Counted from the first letter of the stretch, positions 8,677 to 19,290 are shown. The stretch: 64,000 bases of DNA from an uncultured Oscillospiraceae bacterium (GCA_963520015.1 CAUQPM010000014.1:2484-66483); one strand, 5' to 3'. Program-made: numbers and translations. Notes: generated from the letters alone by a model not told the origin.

Positions 8677-9612
8677 ATGTTGTTTCAGAAAAAAATACTT
8701 CTGATTGACGACAGCTATTTTTTCACCAAGAGCATTACGGCAACTTTAACTGCTGCGGACTATGACGTAATACATTCGGTTACAGGTGAGGACGGATTGC
8801 GAAAGGTAAGAGAAGAAAAGCCGGACTTGGTATTACTTGATGTGGTCATGCCGGATATTGACGGATTTGAGGTATGCCGTATCTTAAGGGAATCCGAAAG
8901 TAACAATTTAATGCCGATTATCATGCTGACCTCACAGAACAATGAAGAAGATAAGCTGGTAGGGCTGGAATTAGGAGCAGATGACTATATTACGAAACCC
9001 TTCAATAACAGGGAAATGTTAAGCAGAATCAAAAATACACTAAGAAGAATTGACAGGAACAGGGGAGCGAATCCTTTAACCGGACTGCAGGGTAATTTGC
9101 AGATTCAGGCCGAAATAAACTCCAGAATTGTAAAAGACCTGCCGTTTGCGGTTATTTATGCCGATTTGGATAATTTCAAAGCTTATAATGATGTTTACGG
9201 CTTTGCCCAAGGAGATATCGCCATTAAACTGCTTGCGGATATTTTATCCGACCAAGTTCGTGACCGTGGGGACAAAAATGATTTTATCGGGCATATTGGC
9301 GGCGACGACTTTGTATTAATCACCTCAGTCGAAAATGCTGAAGCAATATGCAAGGGAATCATTGATGAGTTCGATCAGCGCGTTCGCGAGCTTTACAGAG
9401 ATGAAGACCGCGAAGCGGGGTTTATCTCTGCCTTAGACCGCAGGGGGGAACGGGTTGAAACACCAATCATGTCCATATCACTGGCGATAATTACAAATGA
9501 ATATCGCCATTTTCAAACTTATCTTCAGGTAGCTGAAATTGCCGCGGAATTAAAGAAAAAGGCAAAGTCGCTGCAAGGGAGCAACTTTGTCAAGGACCTG
9601 CGCAGGCAGTAA
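8677..9612 (+). CDS. Response regulator receiver + GGDEF-type diguanylate cyclase
   Basis: REC domain (LIDDS, LLDVVMP, KPF); NPLTGL, DLDNFKAYNDVYG and GHIGGDDF. Alternative start at 8641. Confidence 0.9.
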   Translation: MLFQKKILLIDDSYFFTKSITATLTAADYDVIHSVTGEDGLRKVREEKPDLVLLDVVMPDIDGFEVCRILRESESNNLMPIIMLTSQNNEEDKLVGLELGADDYITKPFNNREMLSRIKNTLRRIDRNRGANPLTGLQGNLQIQAEINSRIVKDLPFAVIYADLDNFKAYNDVYGFAQGDIAIKLLADILSDQVRDRGDKNDFIGHIGGDDFVLITSVENAEAICKGIIDEFDQRVRELYRDEDREAGFISALDRRGERVETPIMSISLAIITNEYRHFQTYLQVAEIAAELKKKAKSLQGSNFVKDLRRQ

Positions 9613-9625
9613 CTGATTGATGACA

Positions 9626-9666
9626 AAGTAAAACCCGCATGGCCGCCGGCTTTGCGGGTTTTACTT
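9626..9666 (+). terminator. Intrinsic terminator
   Basis: 14-bp stem AAGTAAAACCCGCA / TGCGGGTTTTACTT. Confidence 0.75.
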
Positions 9667-9718
9667 GTGCAAGAGTTTATCCTAACGGATCATTGCGATA
9701 AGTGCCATGATACTGCAC

Positions 9719-9748
9719 TTGACAAGTTAACCGCAATAACGCTATGAT
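9719..9748 (+). promoter_or_regulatory. Sigma-A promoter for the araC-family gene
   Basis: TTGACA-18 nt-TATGAT. Confidence 0.55.
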
Positions 9749-9797
9749 AATTTAATCCGACGTCCTGCGAAGGTTTTAACTCATGGGAGGTGTATTG

Positions 9798-10724
9798 GTG
9801 GATTATAAAAAAACGGTATTAACACAGAAAATTGTGATAAACCAAATCATATCAGTTCATTATTTTGAATATACCAATAATTTTTTCTTTCCCGGCGAAG
9901 CCCATGATTTTTGGGAATTTCTTTACGTCGATAAGGGCGAAATTACGGTCAATGCCGGGACAAATGTCACCCAGCTGAAACAGGGAAATATTATCTTCCA
10001 CAAACCGATGGAGTTTCACAGCCTTCGCGCAAACGGTATCGACGCACCAAATTTGGTTGTCATATCTTTTGAAAGTTTATCAAAGTCAATAAGCTATTTT
10101 GAAAATGCACAATTTTGTATCGGAGACGAAGAGCGCGATTTGATTTCTAAAGTGATTTTAGAAGCACGGAATGCATTTTCCTCCCCGCTGGACGAGCCTC
10201 ATCTGTTATATTTAAAAAGGCGCAATGAAAAGACTGCTTTTGGCTGTGAACAGCTGATCAAGCTGCATCTGGAGGAACTGTTCATTAAAATCATCAGAAA
10301 AGATGAAAAACAGAATAATACAAATAAAACAACAACCTCGTTTCAAGAACAGTCCCGTTTGGATTTAGTAAACCGCACGATTCTGTATATGGAACAAAAC
10401 CTGAGGAAGAACTTAAATATTGAAGATATTTGCACAGGGACCCAGATTGGGCGCTCCCGTTTACAAAAACTATTCCGTAATAAAATCGGATGCGGAATTA
10501 TGCAGTATTTTACACAGATGAAAATTGAAGTAGCAAAGCAATTGATTCGGGAAGGTCAAAAGAATTTTTCCGAAATAGCGGAGTACTTGGGGTATTCTTC
10601 GGTTTATTATTTTTCCCGCAGCTTCAAACGGGTTACAGATATGTCGCCCACACAGTACAGCGCGTCCGTTCAGTCACGTATACAATCGCCCAGCTTGAAT
10701 TTTTTTCCGCATTCGTCCTATTAA
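9798..10724 (+). CDS. AraC family regulator with cupin domain
   Basis: GEAHDFWEFLYVDKG cupin motif; C-terminal IAEYLGYSSVYYFSRSFKR. GTG start after GGAGG (alternative ATG 9783). Confidence 0.9.
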   Translation: MDYKKTVLTQKIVINQIISVHYFEYTNNFFFPGEAHDFWEFLYVDKGEITVNAGTNVTQLKQGNIIFHKPMEFHSLRANGIDAPNLVVISFESLSKSISYFENAQFCIGDEERDLISKVILEARNAFSSPLDEPHLLYLKRRNEKTAFGCEQLIKLHLEELFIKIIRKDEKQNNTNKTTTSFQEQSRLDLVNRTILYMEQNLRKNLNIEDICTGTQIGRSRLQKLFRNKIGCGIMQYFTQMKIEVAKQLIREGQKNFSEIAEYLGYSSVYYFSRSFKRVTDMSPTQYSASVQSRIQSPSLNFFPHSSY

Positions 10725-10831
10725 AATAATCACCAATACACAATCGGACAAATAAGATGAACAATTTGGTATTTGATTCATACTGAGTTTGTTCCATAAT
10801 ATAAATGAAAATAATTGCGGCGGAGGTAATC

Positions 10832-11746
10832 ATGAAAGAGCCAATTTTGTTGGTCCTGTCGGCGGGAATCGGAAGCCGATACGGAGGATTAAAGCAGATA
10901 GACCCAATCGGAAAGCATGGGGAAATTATCATTGATTTTTCCCTTTACGATGCATTGCGGGCAGGTTTTAAGCGGGTAATTTTTATCATTACCAAGAACA
11001 TCGAGACGGATTTTAAAGCTGCCATCGGCGACCGGATTTCCGAAATTATGGAAGTACGGTATGCGTATCAGCAAATAGACGACTTGCCGGGCGGTTTTTC
11101 TGTTCCGGACGGCCGAACAAAGCCGTGGGGAACAGGTCATGCTGTGCTTATTTGCCGCGGCCTGATTGACGCTCCGTTTGCAGTAATTAACGCAGATGAT
11201 TATTACGGCAGGGAAGCGTTTCAGAAAATTTACCAATTTCTTCGTACTGTCAAGGAGGGCACCCCGTATCAATTCGGAATGGTCGGTTATACTTTGGAGA
11301 ATACTTTAACGGACAACGGTTTTGTTGCGCGTGGAGTCTGCACGGTGCAAGACGGAATTCTCACCGACATTGTGGAGCGTACTCATATTGAAAAACGATC
11401 AGGGTGTGCCCAGTATACTCTGGACGGCGAAAATTGGATTACGATTCCCGCTCATTCTGTAGTATCAATGAATCTTTGGGGATTTACACCCGGCCTGATA
11501 ACGGAGCTTCGGGAGCATTTCCCGGCATTTTTGGAAAATGCTATCTTACAAAATCCGCTGAAAGCAGAATACTATCTGCCAACCGTTGTGAATGAATTAA
11601 TCCAAAATGGGAAAGCTTCTGTGCGGGTACTTAGTTCCAATGATAGATGGTATGGCGTAACATACAAACTTGATAAACCCGTTGTCCAAAAAGCAATTGC
11701 CGACATGATTGCTGCCGGTACATATCCCGAAACGTTATGGGAATAA
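10832..11746 (+). CDS. Sugar-phosphate nucleotidyltransferase family protein
   Basis: LSAGIGSRYGGLKQ, KPWGTGHA and VINADDYYG; GGAGG RBS. Confidence 0.88.
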   Translation: MKEPILLVLSAGIGSRYGGLKQIDPIGKHGEIIIDFSLYDALRAGFKRVIFIITKNIETDFKAAIGDRISEIMEVRYAYQQIDDLPGGFSVPDGRTKPWGTGHAVLICRGLIDAPFAVINADDYYGREAFQKIYQFLRTVKEGTPYQFGMVGYTLENTLTDNGFVARGVCTVQDGILTDIVERTHIEKRSGCAQYTLDGENWITIPAHSVVSMNLWGFTPGLITELREHFPAFLENAILQNPLKAEYYLPTVVNELIQNGKASVRVLSSNDRWYGVTYKLDKPVVQKAIADMIAAGTYPETLWE

Positions 11747-11755
11747 AACCGCCTT

Positions 11756-11809
11756 AAAAAAAGTTACCGCCCAACAGCGAATCTCTTCGCTGTTGGGCGG
11801 TAATTTTTT
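11756..11809. terminator. Bidirectional terminator between convergent genes
   Basis: Perfect 18-bp stem TTACCGCCCAACAGCGAA / TTCGCTGTTGGGCGGTAA, flanked by A and T tracts. Confidence 0.85.
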
Positions 11810-11816
11810 CAGGGGG

Positions 11817-12422
11817 TTATAGAATATGGTTGGCTTCAAAGTAGTCTGAAAGTTCCTGAGCACCTTGGAACAAATGCCCGTTTAAGCCCGCCCTGATTGC
11901 CCCGTCAATATTAACCTGCAAATCATCGATAAAAATGCACTCGCTGTTCTTCAGGTCGTATCTGCTGCACAGGCAATCGAAAATCGCGGTATCCGGTTTT
12001 ACCAGCCTTTCTTTCGCTGAAATGATAAATCCATCAAAACAATGAAACATTTCAACTTTATCCCGATACTGAAAAAATCTGATACTGGTATTGGAAAGAA
12101 GATAAATTCTAAAACCCTTTTCTTTCAGTCTTTTTACGATTTCCGGCATGCCCTCCATTGGCGTTAGGTCGGAATGCCAGTTGTCCATTGATTTCTGCAC
12201 ATAGCTTGCATACTGGGGAATCCTGGCGCTTACCTGTTTAACGGCGTATTCCTCCGAAATGGTTCCGGCGTCCAGCTCCTCCCATTCTTTCGAATTGAAA
12301 AGCTCCTTCAGAACGGCCTGAGCAATTACTTCATCCTGCGTGATGGTTTTCATGTAGTCCTGCGGAGTGTAAGACAGAAGGACATTTCCCATATCAAATA
12401 CTACATTTTTTATCATTATCAT
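11817..12422 (-). CDS. HAD family phosphatase (YihX-like)
   Basis: VVFDMGNVL, LLSNT, KP and FIDD motifs. Confidence 0.9.
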   Translation of the reverse strand: MIMIKNVVFDMGNVLLSYTPQDYMKTITQDEVIAQAVLKELFNSKEWEELDAGTISEEYAVKQVSARIPQYASYVQKSMDNWHSDLTPMEGMPEIVKRLKEKGFRIYLLSNTSIRFFQYRDKVEMFHCFDGFIISAKERLVKPDTAIFDCLCSRYDLKNSECIFIDDLQVNIDGAIRAGLNGHLFQGAQELSDYFEANHIL

Positions 12423-12428
12423 ACCTGC

Positions 12429-13217
12429 CTAATTCAATTTTTCTCGGAATTCTTTTGGAGTAACTCCAACCAGCTTTTTAAATATTGCACTGAAATAACG
12501 CTGATCCTTATATCCGATCAGGTTGGCGACCTCATAGATTTTTCCATCCGGCCGCCTTAAAAGTTCACAAGCCTTTTTAATTCTGTAATAGGTAAGGTAA
12601 TCGCCGAAAGTTTGGCCAACCGTGGTTTTAAACAAGCGGCTCAAATAGCTTTCACTGATGAAAAGACTGTCCGCAACACTTTTCACACTGATATCCTTCT
12701 GATAATTCTGGCTGATATGCCGTACTGCGCGTGTGACATAGTCGTCGCCTTTTCCCTCATCAAACATGTACTCTTTGAAAAGCATCACGCGGCTGTCTGA
12801 GATATCATCCATTTTATTCTGTATTTTATCAATTCTAAGCTTATCGCGTACCGCCACACAGGTATTCAGAAGCGCGCGGTCAAGGTCTTCGTCGTCTATC
12901 GGCTTAGTCAGAAAATCACGGACGCCCAGTTTTACCGCCTGACGTGCATATTCGAACTCACTATAGCCCGAAATAATAATAAATTCCGGCTTCAGTCCGT
13001 CGGATTTCGCCTGTTTAATCATTCCGATTCCGTCAAGCCCCGGCATGCGCACATCCGTGATTACAATATCCGGCTTCAGCCTCGCAATTGCATTCATTCC
13101 TTCGAGTCCGTTGGATGCTTCCCCAACTACTTCACAGCCGTACTTTTGCCAGTCTGTCGTAAGAATCAGGCCTTTTTTTACCAAAGTTTCATCTTCTACA
13201 ACAATAATCTTAATCAT
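12429..13217 (-). CDS. Two-component response regulator, REC + AraC HTH (YesN-type)
   Basis: VVEDE and ITDVRMP; C-terminal GYKDQRYFSAIFKK. Confidence 0.92.
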   Translation of the reverse strand: MIKIIVVEDETLVKKGLILTTDWQKYGCEVVGEASNGLEGMNAIARLKPDIVITDVRMPGLDGIGMIKQAKSDGLKPEFIIISGYSEFEYARQAVKLGVRDFLTKPIDDEDLDRALLNTCVAVRDKLRIDKIQNKMDDISDSRVMLFKEYMFDEGKGDDYVTRAVRHISQNYQKDISVKSVADSLFISESYLSRLFKTTVGQTFGDYLTYYRIKKACELLRRPDGKIYEVANLIGYKDQRYFSAIFKKLVGVTPKEFREKLN

Positions 13218-14991
13218 GGTTTGGCAGCCCCCCTTCCTCATCCGTAAGCGGGGCATTGGAGAACGGCATCGTAATGTACGTTATCGTGCCAATGTTTTCT
13301 GCGCTTTTGATCTCTAGCCCATATTCTTCGCCGTAATACAATTTAATCCGTTTATTCACATTGGCAATTCCAATGCTGTCATCGTTCGTTGCCTGTGTCA
13401 GTTTACGAATCCGGTCCAGTTTTTCCCCGGGGATTCCCACACCGTCGTCTTTCACTTCAAAAATAATCTTATTTTCTTCATGCCAGCCTTTGATCATCAG
13501 ATGTGCCTTTCCGACTTTATCCTCAATGCCGTGAATAATCGCGTTTTCTACAATCGGCTGAATAATAAATTTAGGAACCACACAGTCCAAAATGCTTTCC
13601 TCTATCTGGATATCAACATCAAACTTATCGCTGTACCGTACTTTTTGAATGGCAAGGTAATTTCCGATCAGACTGATTTCTTCCGAGATGAGCACGGAAT
13701 CCTTTTGATTGCGGATACTGTTTTTTAGCAGTTTACCAAGCTGTGAAACGATCAGTACAATGTCGTCCACACCGTTGAGCTTCGCAAGCCACTTGATGGA
13801 GTCAAGTGTATTATAGAGGAAATGCGGATTGATCTGTGCGTACAGAGCCTTTAGTTCTGCCATCCGTAATCGATTCTGCTTTTCCAAGTTGGTCGCAAAG
13901 AGCTCGTTCAGGTTGTCAAGCATTGAATTCAGACTTTTGCCTATGTACCCGAATTCATCATTGTTTTTAAGCGAGACACGTGCATGAGTATCTCCGTCCT
14001 GAACTTTGTTCATTGTACGCACAATCGCGTTCAGCGGCTTAGTCAGGCTCCGTATAATGATAGGGGACAGAACTAAACACAGTAAAATCGCGGCCATAGC
14101 AACCGCAAAGGTAGTAACCATAATGTAATTGCTGTTAATCACTACCAAATCAACAGGGATGGACGATATTACCCGAAGCGGATATTCACCTTTTGTCGTA
14201 TTCCAAGTGATAAATCGCTGCGGATCTTTCAAGTAAAGCTTTCTGGTTTGTTCTGAGGAAGTCATTTGATTTCGAAATTCTTTATTCAAAAAGGTTTCGT
14301 TCAAAGCAATGAAATTCTCATCGTACAGAAGGTAATTGTTTTCATCCACAATCGTGTAACGAATGGGAAGTGATACGTTGACCGCATCAAGAGCTGTTTG
14401 AAAAACATCCGCGGGGATATCAATAATCGCATACGCGACGATTTCTCCGTGCTGCTTAATACTGTGCGCGACTGCCATGGAATAACTTTTCCCAGTCTGT
14501 GAAACATATCGGTTCGAATAGGTAACCGTATCGTCCGTTAAGTTGATTTTGCGGAAAACGCCCCAATCACTGTGGTTCTTTAAAGTATAAACCTCCGGTA
14601 TTACAGAGGTTGAAATTTGGAACGTTCCGTCTGCCTTAATTACATGCATTGCAACTTTCGTGGACTTACCCGCAAGCAGGATATACATTTTTTGATAAAT
14701 ACTGGTACGGCTGCTTTCTGTAACTTGATTTGTGCTGATCATATTGATGATTTCATTGTCCGTGCAAAAATAGGAAAGAGCGGACTTGTATTCCCCAACG
14801 GTGCGTTCTAGGCTTGATGTGGCATTGTTGACGGTATTCATAGCCTGATACTCAACATTGCGCATGGAAACGTTTGATGAAATGATGTAAGTGAGTGTTC
14901 CAAGCAAAGCTACAGGAACAATGCTGATTACTGCAAAACAGATAAAGAGCTTTGCAAAAAAGCTGATTTTACTTTTCTTTTCAGAACGCAT
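13210..14991 (-). CDS. Sensor histidine kinase (YesM/LytS-type, extracellular Cache-like domain + HAMP)
   Basis: Two TM segments flanking a ~250-aa loop; QINPHFLYNTL, QPIVENAIIHG and DDGVG. Confidence 0.92.
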   Translation of the reverse strand: MRSEKKSKISFFAKLFICFAVISIVPVALLGTLTYIISSNVSMRNVEYQAMNTVNNATSSLERTVGEYKSALSYFCTDNEIINMISTNQVTESSRTSIYQKMYILLAGKSTKVAMHVIKADGTFQISTSVIPEVYTLKNHSDWGVFRKINLTDDTVTYSNRYVSQTGKSYSMAVAHSIKQHGEIVAYAIIDIPADVFQTALDAVNVSLPIRYTIVDENNYLLYDENFIALNETFLNKEFRNQMTSSEQTRKLYLKDPQRFITWNTTKGEYPLRVISSIPVDLVVINSNYIMVTTFAVAMAAILLCLVLSPIIIRSLTKPLNAIVRTMNKVQDGDTHARVSLKNNDEFGYIGKSLNSMLDNLNELFATNLEKQNRLRMAELKALYAQINPHFLYNTLDSIKWLAKLNGVDDIVLIVSQLGKLLKNSIRNQKDSVLISEEISLIGNYLAIQKVRYSDKFDVDIQIEESILDCVVPKFIIQPIVENAIIHGIEDKVGKAHLMIKGWHEENKIIFEVKDDGVGIPGEKLDRIRKLTQATNDDSIGIANVNKRIKLYYGEEYGLEIKSAENIGTITYITMPFSNAPLTDEEGGLPNHD

Positions 14992-15063
14992 ATCATCACC
15001 ATCCATCAGTTAATCACGTATTTTACTAATTATAGTTCCAGGGCGGCAGTCGATACAATTGCA

Positions 15064-15096
15064 AGAGGGGAGCAGGCAGTATTGCCTGTTCCCTCT
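15064..15096 (-). terminator. Stem-loop after ABC permease
   Basis: AGAGGGGAGCAGGCA / TGCCTGTTCCCTCT. Confidence 0.6.
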
Positions 15097-15126
15097 ATAA
15101 AGCATTGGAATTTCGATGATAGTTTT

Positions 15127-16797
15127 TTATACGACGGAAACCTTACCCTTGCTCACCCAGTTGAACAGCAGCAGCGACAGAATGGTGGCAACTGTTAAAA
15201 TGGAAGCCAAAGCCGCGGCTGTGCCGAAGCTCGAACGAACAACCTCCGTGTAAATTGCCACTGAAATAGTCGCTGTTTTTCCGCTGTACAGCATAACACT
15301 TGAGCTAAGTTCATTAATGGTGGTAATCCAGCTTAATATTGCACCGGACAGCACGCCGGGTGCCATCATACGCGCAGTAATCTTGAAGAAGGTACGCATC
15401 GGCGACACCCCAAGGTTAATCGAGGCTTCCTCAATACTGGGGTCTATTTGGTATAGAAGAGCGCTGCTGGAACGAATCGTATACGGCATTTTTCTTATTA
15501 CATATGCGATAATCATAATTGCGGCTGTCCCTGACAGCATCAGCGGGGGTTTGTTAAAGGCGACCAGCATGCTGATACCTAAAACAGCGCCCGGAATAAC
15601 ATATGGGAACATCAGGAGCAGGTCCAGCGCGCCGCTGATTTTGCTTTTCTTTTTTACAACAAGGTACGATAAGAGCATACCAAAAATTATGATAATAATA
15701 ATTGCGATAATGGAGTATGAAAAGGTATTCATAATATTTTTGGAAAGTTTATAGAAGATCTTTTCGTAGCTTTCCAGACTGAATCCCTTCACAAAAATAG
15801 GCCCGCTTGTTTTCACGAAGGAGGTTATCACAACAACAATCTGCGGCAAAAAGGCGATAAATGCAACAAGCATGCAGACAGCGGTCAGAAGGAACTTCTT
15901 GCCCTTTGAAACTTCTTCCACAACGGGAGGCCGCATGGATGTCATTGTGTAGCTTTTGCGTGAAACCACATATCTTTGAATCAACAGTACAGCGGTGGAG
16001 CAGCAAATAATAATAACACTGAGTGCGCCCGCCATGTTGGCGTTGCCGCCCATTTCGCTCATGTATTCCTCGTAAACTAAAACAGGAAGAACTTTATAGC
16101 CTTCCCCAATCAGCATCGGGGTCCCAAAATCAGCCAAGGAAGACATGAACACCATAATTGCACCGGCTGCCAAAGTCGGCATAATAACAGGCATGGTAAT
16201 GGTGAGGATTCTCCTCAGTTTACTGGAGCCAAGGTTTTCGGCGGCTTCCTCCAGGGAGCGGTCAATGCTCGACATTGCTCCGGAAACGTACAAATAAACA
16301 TAAGGGAAAAACTTCAGGGTAAACACCAGCACAATTCCGCCAAAGCCATAAATCGGCGGAGTGGTAATCCCGATTTTATCAAACAGATTTGTAATGGCGC
16401 CGTTCCGGCCAAGCAGCATAATCCACGAATATGCGCCGATAAAGGGTGGCGACATCAAAGACATGATAATCAGCATATTAATGGCTTTTTTCCAGTAGAT
16501 ATGAAACCGGCTGGTTATGTATGCGAGCGGAACGCCGATCAGAACCGCGAAGATAGTGGCAAGTGTCGAAGTGGCCAAACTGTTTTTTAAGGTGCGGAAA
16601 TAATAGGCCTTTGTAAAAAATGTTTTATAAAACTGCAGGGTGAAGGAGCCCTCGCTGCTGGTAAAGCTATGTAGTATAATAGAGAAGAACGGGAAAACCA
16701 AAAATACAACCAGCAGAAGTAGGGATGCGTATTTTACGACATTCCAAAAATCGAAATAGCTTTTAATACTTTTTCCGGAAGCCTTTTCGGCATTCAT
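15127..16797 (-). CDS. ABC permease, FbpB/AfuB-type (duplicated TM domain)
   Basis: Two EAA motifs (LEEAAENLG, IEEASINLG); DFGTP. Confidence 0.9.
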   Translation of the reverse strand: MNAEKASGKSIKSYFDFWNVVKYASLLLLVVFLVFPFFSIILHSFTSSEGSFTLQFYKTFFTKAYYFRTLKNSLATSTLATIFAVLIGVPLAYITSRFHIYWKKAINMLIIMSLMSPPFIGAYSWIMLLGRNGAITNLFDKIGITTPPIYGFGGIVLVFTLKFFPYVYLYVSGAMSSIDRSLEEAAENLGSSKLRRILTITMPVIMPTLAAGAIMVFMSSLADFGTPMLIGEGYKVLPVLVYEEYMSEMGGNANMAGALSVIIICCSTAVLLIQRYVVSRKSYTMTSMRPPVVEEVSKGKKFLLTAVCMLVAFIAFLPQIVVVITSFVKTSGPIFVKGFSLESYEKIFYKLSKNIMNTFSYSIIAIIIIIIFGMLLSYLVVKKKSKISGALDLLLMFPYVIPGAVLGISMLVAFNKPPLMLSGTAAIMIIAYVIRKMPYTIRSSSALLYQIDPSIEEASINLGVSPMRTFFKITARMMAPGVLSGAILSWITTINELSSSVMLYSGKTATISVAIYTEVVRSSFGTAAALASILTVATILSLLLFNWVSKGKVSVV

Positions 16798-17879
16798 GAA
16801 AATACCTCCGTTCCGTCTTCGCTGAATACGCTGATTTTATCCGGGTTGAAGTGCAGACATACTTTATGGCCGATATCGCGGATAAAATCAATATCTTTTG
16901 TATATTCGTTTGCTTCAACGACTTGGCCGTTTGCCAGCTTGACTTCATAATTTGCAAAATCCCCAAGGAAAGTATACATCTGAATTTCACCGGGAATCCC
17001 TATGCCGTCAGGGTCGTTTACGATAAACTGCTCTGGCCTGACTGAAATTTTAATCGGCCCTTCGACCTTTTTTTTCAGCTTCACAGAAAATTCCATCCCG
17101 GACTTCAGTTTTATGTGCGCGGTCATGTCAGGATCAAACTTTTCAACGTACCCTTCCATAAAGTTGGAAGTTCCTATAAAACCGGCGACGAATGTGTTCC
17201 GGGGCTTTTTATAAATGGTGGCGGGGGAATCAATCTGCATGATACGGCCGGCGTTGATAATTGCAATTTTATCGGAGATTGCAAGCGCTTCTTCCTGATC
17301 ATGAGTTACATAAATTGTAGTAATGTTCAGTTCTTTTTGCAGCTTGCGAATAATTGTCCTCATTTGAACACGCAGTTTTGCGTCCAGATTGGATAATGGT
17401 TCGTCCATAAGAAGAACGCCCGGCTTTATGACGATGGCCCTGGCAAGGGCAACACGCTGCTGCTGACCGCCGGAAAGTTCGGACGGTTTTCTGTCTTTCA
17501 AATCTTTGATCTGTACCAGTTCAAGCGCTTCCATCACTTTTGGGGCAATCTGCTCTTTCGGCACCTTACGGGCTTTCAAACCATAGGCCACATTATCGAA
17601 AACCGTCATATGCGGGAAGATTGCATAGTTTTGGAACACCATTCCGATGTCGCGTTTATAGGCTTCTATATTGTTAATTACTTTGTCGTCAAAATAAATT
17701 TTTCCGCCGTCAATTGTATTAAATCCTGCAATCATTCTAAGCAGGGTGGTCTTTCCGCAGCCGGAAGGCCCAAGCAGGGTAAAAAACTCTCCCTGCTGAA
17801 TTTCACACGAAATATCATTTACCGCGATGAAATCATCATACCTTTTTACTACATTACAAATCTTAACACTGTGGCTCAA
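16794..17879 (-). CDS. ABC ATP-binding subunit, FbpC/AfuC/PotA-type
   Basis: GPSGCGKTT, LSGGQQQR, MDEPLSNLD and a TOBE-like C-terminus. Probable TTG start after AAGGGG. Confidence 0.92.
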   Translation of the reverse strand: MSHSVKICNVVKRYDDFIAVNDISCEIQQGEFFTLLGPSGCGKTTLLRMIAGFNTIDGGKIYFDDKVINNIEAYKRDIGMVFQNYAIFPHMTVFDNVAYGLKARKVPKEQIAPKVMEALELVQIKDLKDRKPSELSGGQQQRVALARAIVIKPGVLLMDEPLSNLDAKLRVQMRTIIRKLQKELNITTIYVTHDQEEALAISDKIAIINAGRIMQIDSPATIYKKPRNTFVAGFIGTSNFMEGYVEKFDPDMTAHIKLKSGMEFSVKLKKKVEGPIKISVRPEQFIVNDPDGIGIPGEIQMYTFLGDFANYEVKLANGQVVEANEYTKDIDFIRDIGHKVCLHFNPDKISVFSEDGTEVFS

Positions 17880-18042
17880 TCTGCTCAACCCCTTTAAACT
17901 TACACTGTGATTGTGAGTGATAGAAAACAACTTTAATAATGCGTGATATAAATTGCGTGCAGACGCTGAGGTATCTCCGACGTCCGCACGCAGCTTTTAC
18001 ATTTTACTGAATTCTTTGAAAGCGATTATGTACCATTCTTGA

Positions 18043-19104
18043 TTAACCCACTACGACTTCTTTCCATTTTTCCATAATCTCTGTTTTTTGTGAGGATGCC
18101 CATGCGAAATCATAGTCTACTAATTTAATATTTTTCATCACAGGAACGCCCTTAGGAGGATCAGTATCCAATCTTACGCCTCTTCTGGCGAAATCGTTCG
18201 CCATCATGGTCTGGCATTCTTTGCTAAGTACAAAGTTCATGAAAGTTTCTGCATTTTCTTTGTTTTTGCAGCCTTTTACGATTGCAATACCGTCCGGAAC
18301 AGCTGAAGTGCCTTCTGACGGGTATACGATTCCAACGTCTGCGCCGGCCTGAACATATTTAATTGCTTCTTTTTCAAGTGTTAAGCCAACGCTATATTCT
18401 CCGTCGGAAACCTTCTTGTAAACATCGCCGGAGGAGCCGAGAATCTTGCCATCCAAATTGGACACAAATTTCTTAATGAAATCCCATCCCTTACCGTCAT
18501 CTTTACCGAATGCAGTCAGCATGGTGCAGAGAATTGTATAGGACGAACCGGATTTTGCAGGGTCGGCATATGCGATTTTTCCTTTAAATTTCGCGTCGAT
18601 CAGGTCGCCCCAACCCTTGGGGACATCGTTTTCGCCTACCAGCTTTTTATTGTACATCAGAACCATCGGCAGCGGGGATTCGCCTGTCCACAGGCCGTCA
18701 GTACTGACATATGTCTTATCAATGCTGTTAATATCGGTCGGTGTGAACTTATCAAAATATTTACCGTATGCTGCAAGTGAGTCGGCACCGCCGCCCCAGA
18801 ACACGTCGCAAAGAGGGCTGCTGCTTTCAGCTTCGATTCTCTTTAATAATTCACCGGTTCCTGCCGCTACTACGTCAACTGTAATACCGGTCTTCTCCTG
18901 AAATTCTTTTACGCCTGCATTTAACGGGTCTGCCGGGTGAGGGGAATAAACTGTTACATGTTTGGAGTTTGGTTCTTGGGGAGCCGCCTGGCTGGCCTCG
19001 GCTTTGCTTTGTGCTGCGGATGCTGTGCCGTTCGAGCTGCTGCATCCGGCAAACACTCCAGCGATCATTGTTACCGCTAAAAGTGCGCTGAGTATCCTTT
19101 TCAT
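18043..19104 (-). CDS. ABC substrate-binding lipoprotein, AfuA/FbpA-like family
   Basis: Lipobox VFAGC; GTGELL, DVFWGG, DPAKSGSS and VYPSEG; GGAGG RBS. Confidence 0.88.
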   Translation of the reverse strand: MKRILSALLAVTMIAGVFAGCSSSNGTASAAQSKAEASQAAPQEPNSKHVTVYSPHPADPLNAGVKEFQEKTGITVDVVAAGTGELLKRIEAESSSPLCDVFWGGGADSLAAYGKYFDKFTPTDINSIDKTYVSTDGLWTGESPLPMVLMYNKKLVGENDVPKGWGDLIDAKFKGKIAYADPAKSGSSYTILCTMLTAFGKDDGKGWDFIKKFVSNLDGKILGSSGDVYKKVSDGEYSVGLTLEKEAIKYVQAGADVGIVYPSEGTSAVPDGIAIVKGCKNKENAETFMNFVLSKECQTMMANDFARRGVRLDTDPPKGVPVMKNIKLVDYDFAWASSQKTEIMEKWKEVVVG

Positions 19105-19290
19105 AATCAATGTCCTCCCAATCAATATTTTTAGAATGCACGGGATCAACCTGTGTTTCATGTCATAATTATTACATTTTGAATTTGTGAATACAATGTG
19201 ACAGTACTGTACTTTTGTAGAGTATTCTATCATATTAACCAAAATAAGTCTTATAATGATATAAAACTGTGCAAATTGATATATTTTAAC

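Noticed and set aside
18043..19242. Long N-terminal extensions in the ORF track (also 3084, 17930, 19198, 34578)
   Set aside because: Better RBS-supported downstream starts match the family N-termini, so the extensions are artefacts.
19200..19285. ACAGTACTGT palindrome and TGATATA direct repeat in the divergent promoter region
   Set aside because: They are too short to distinguish from chance in an AT-rich region without comparative data.
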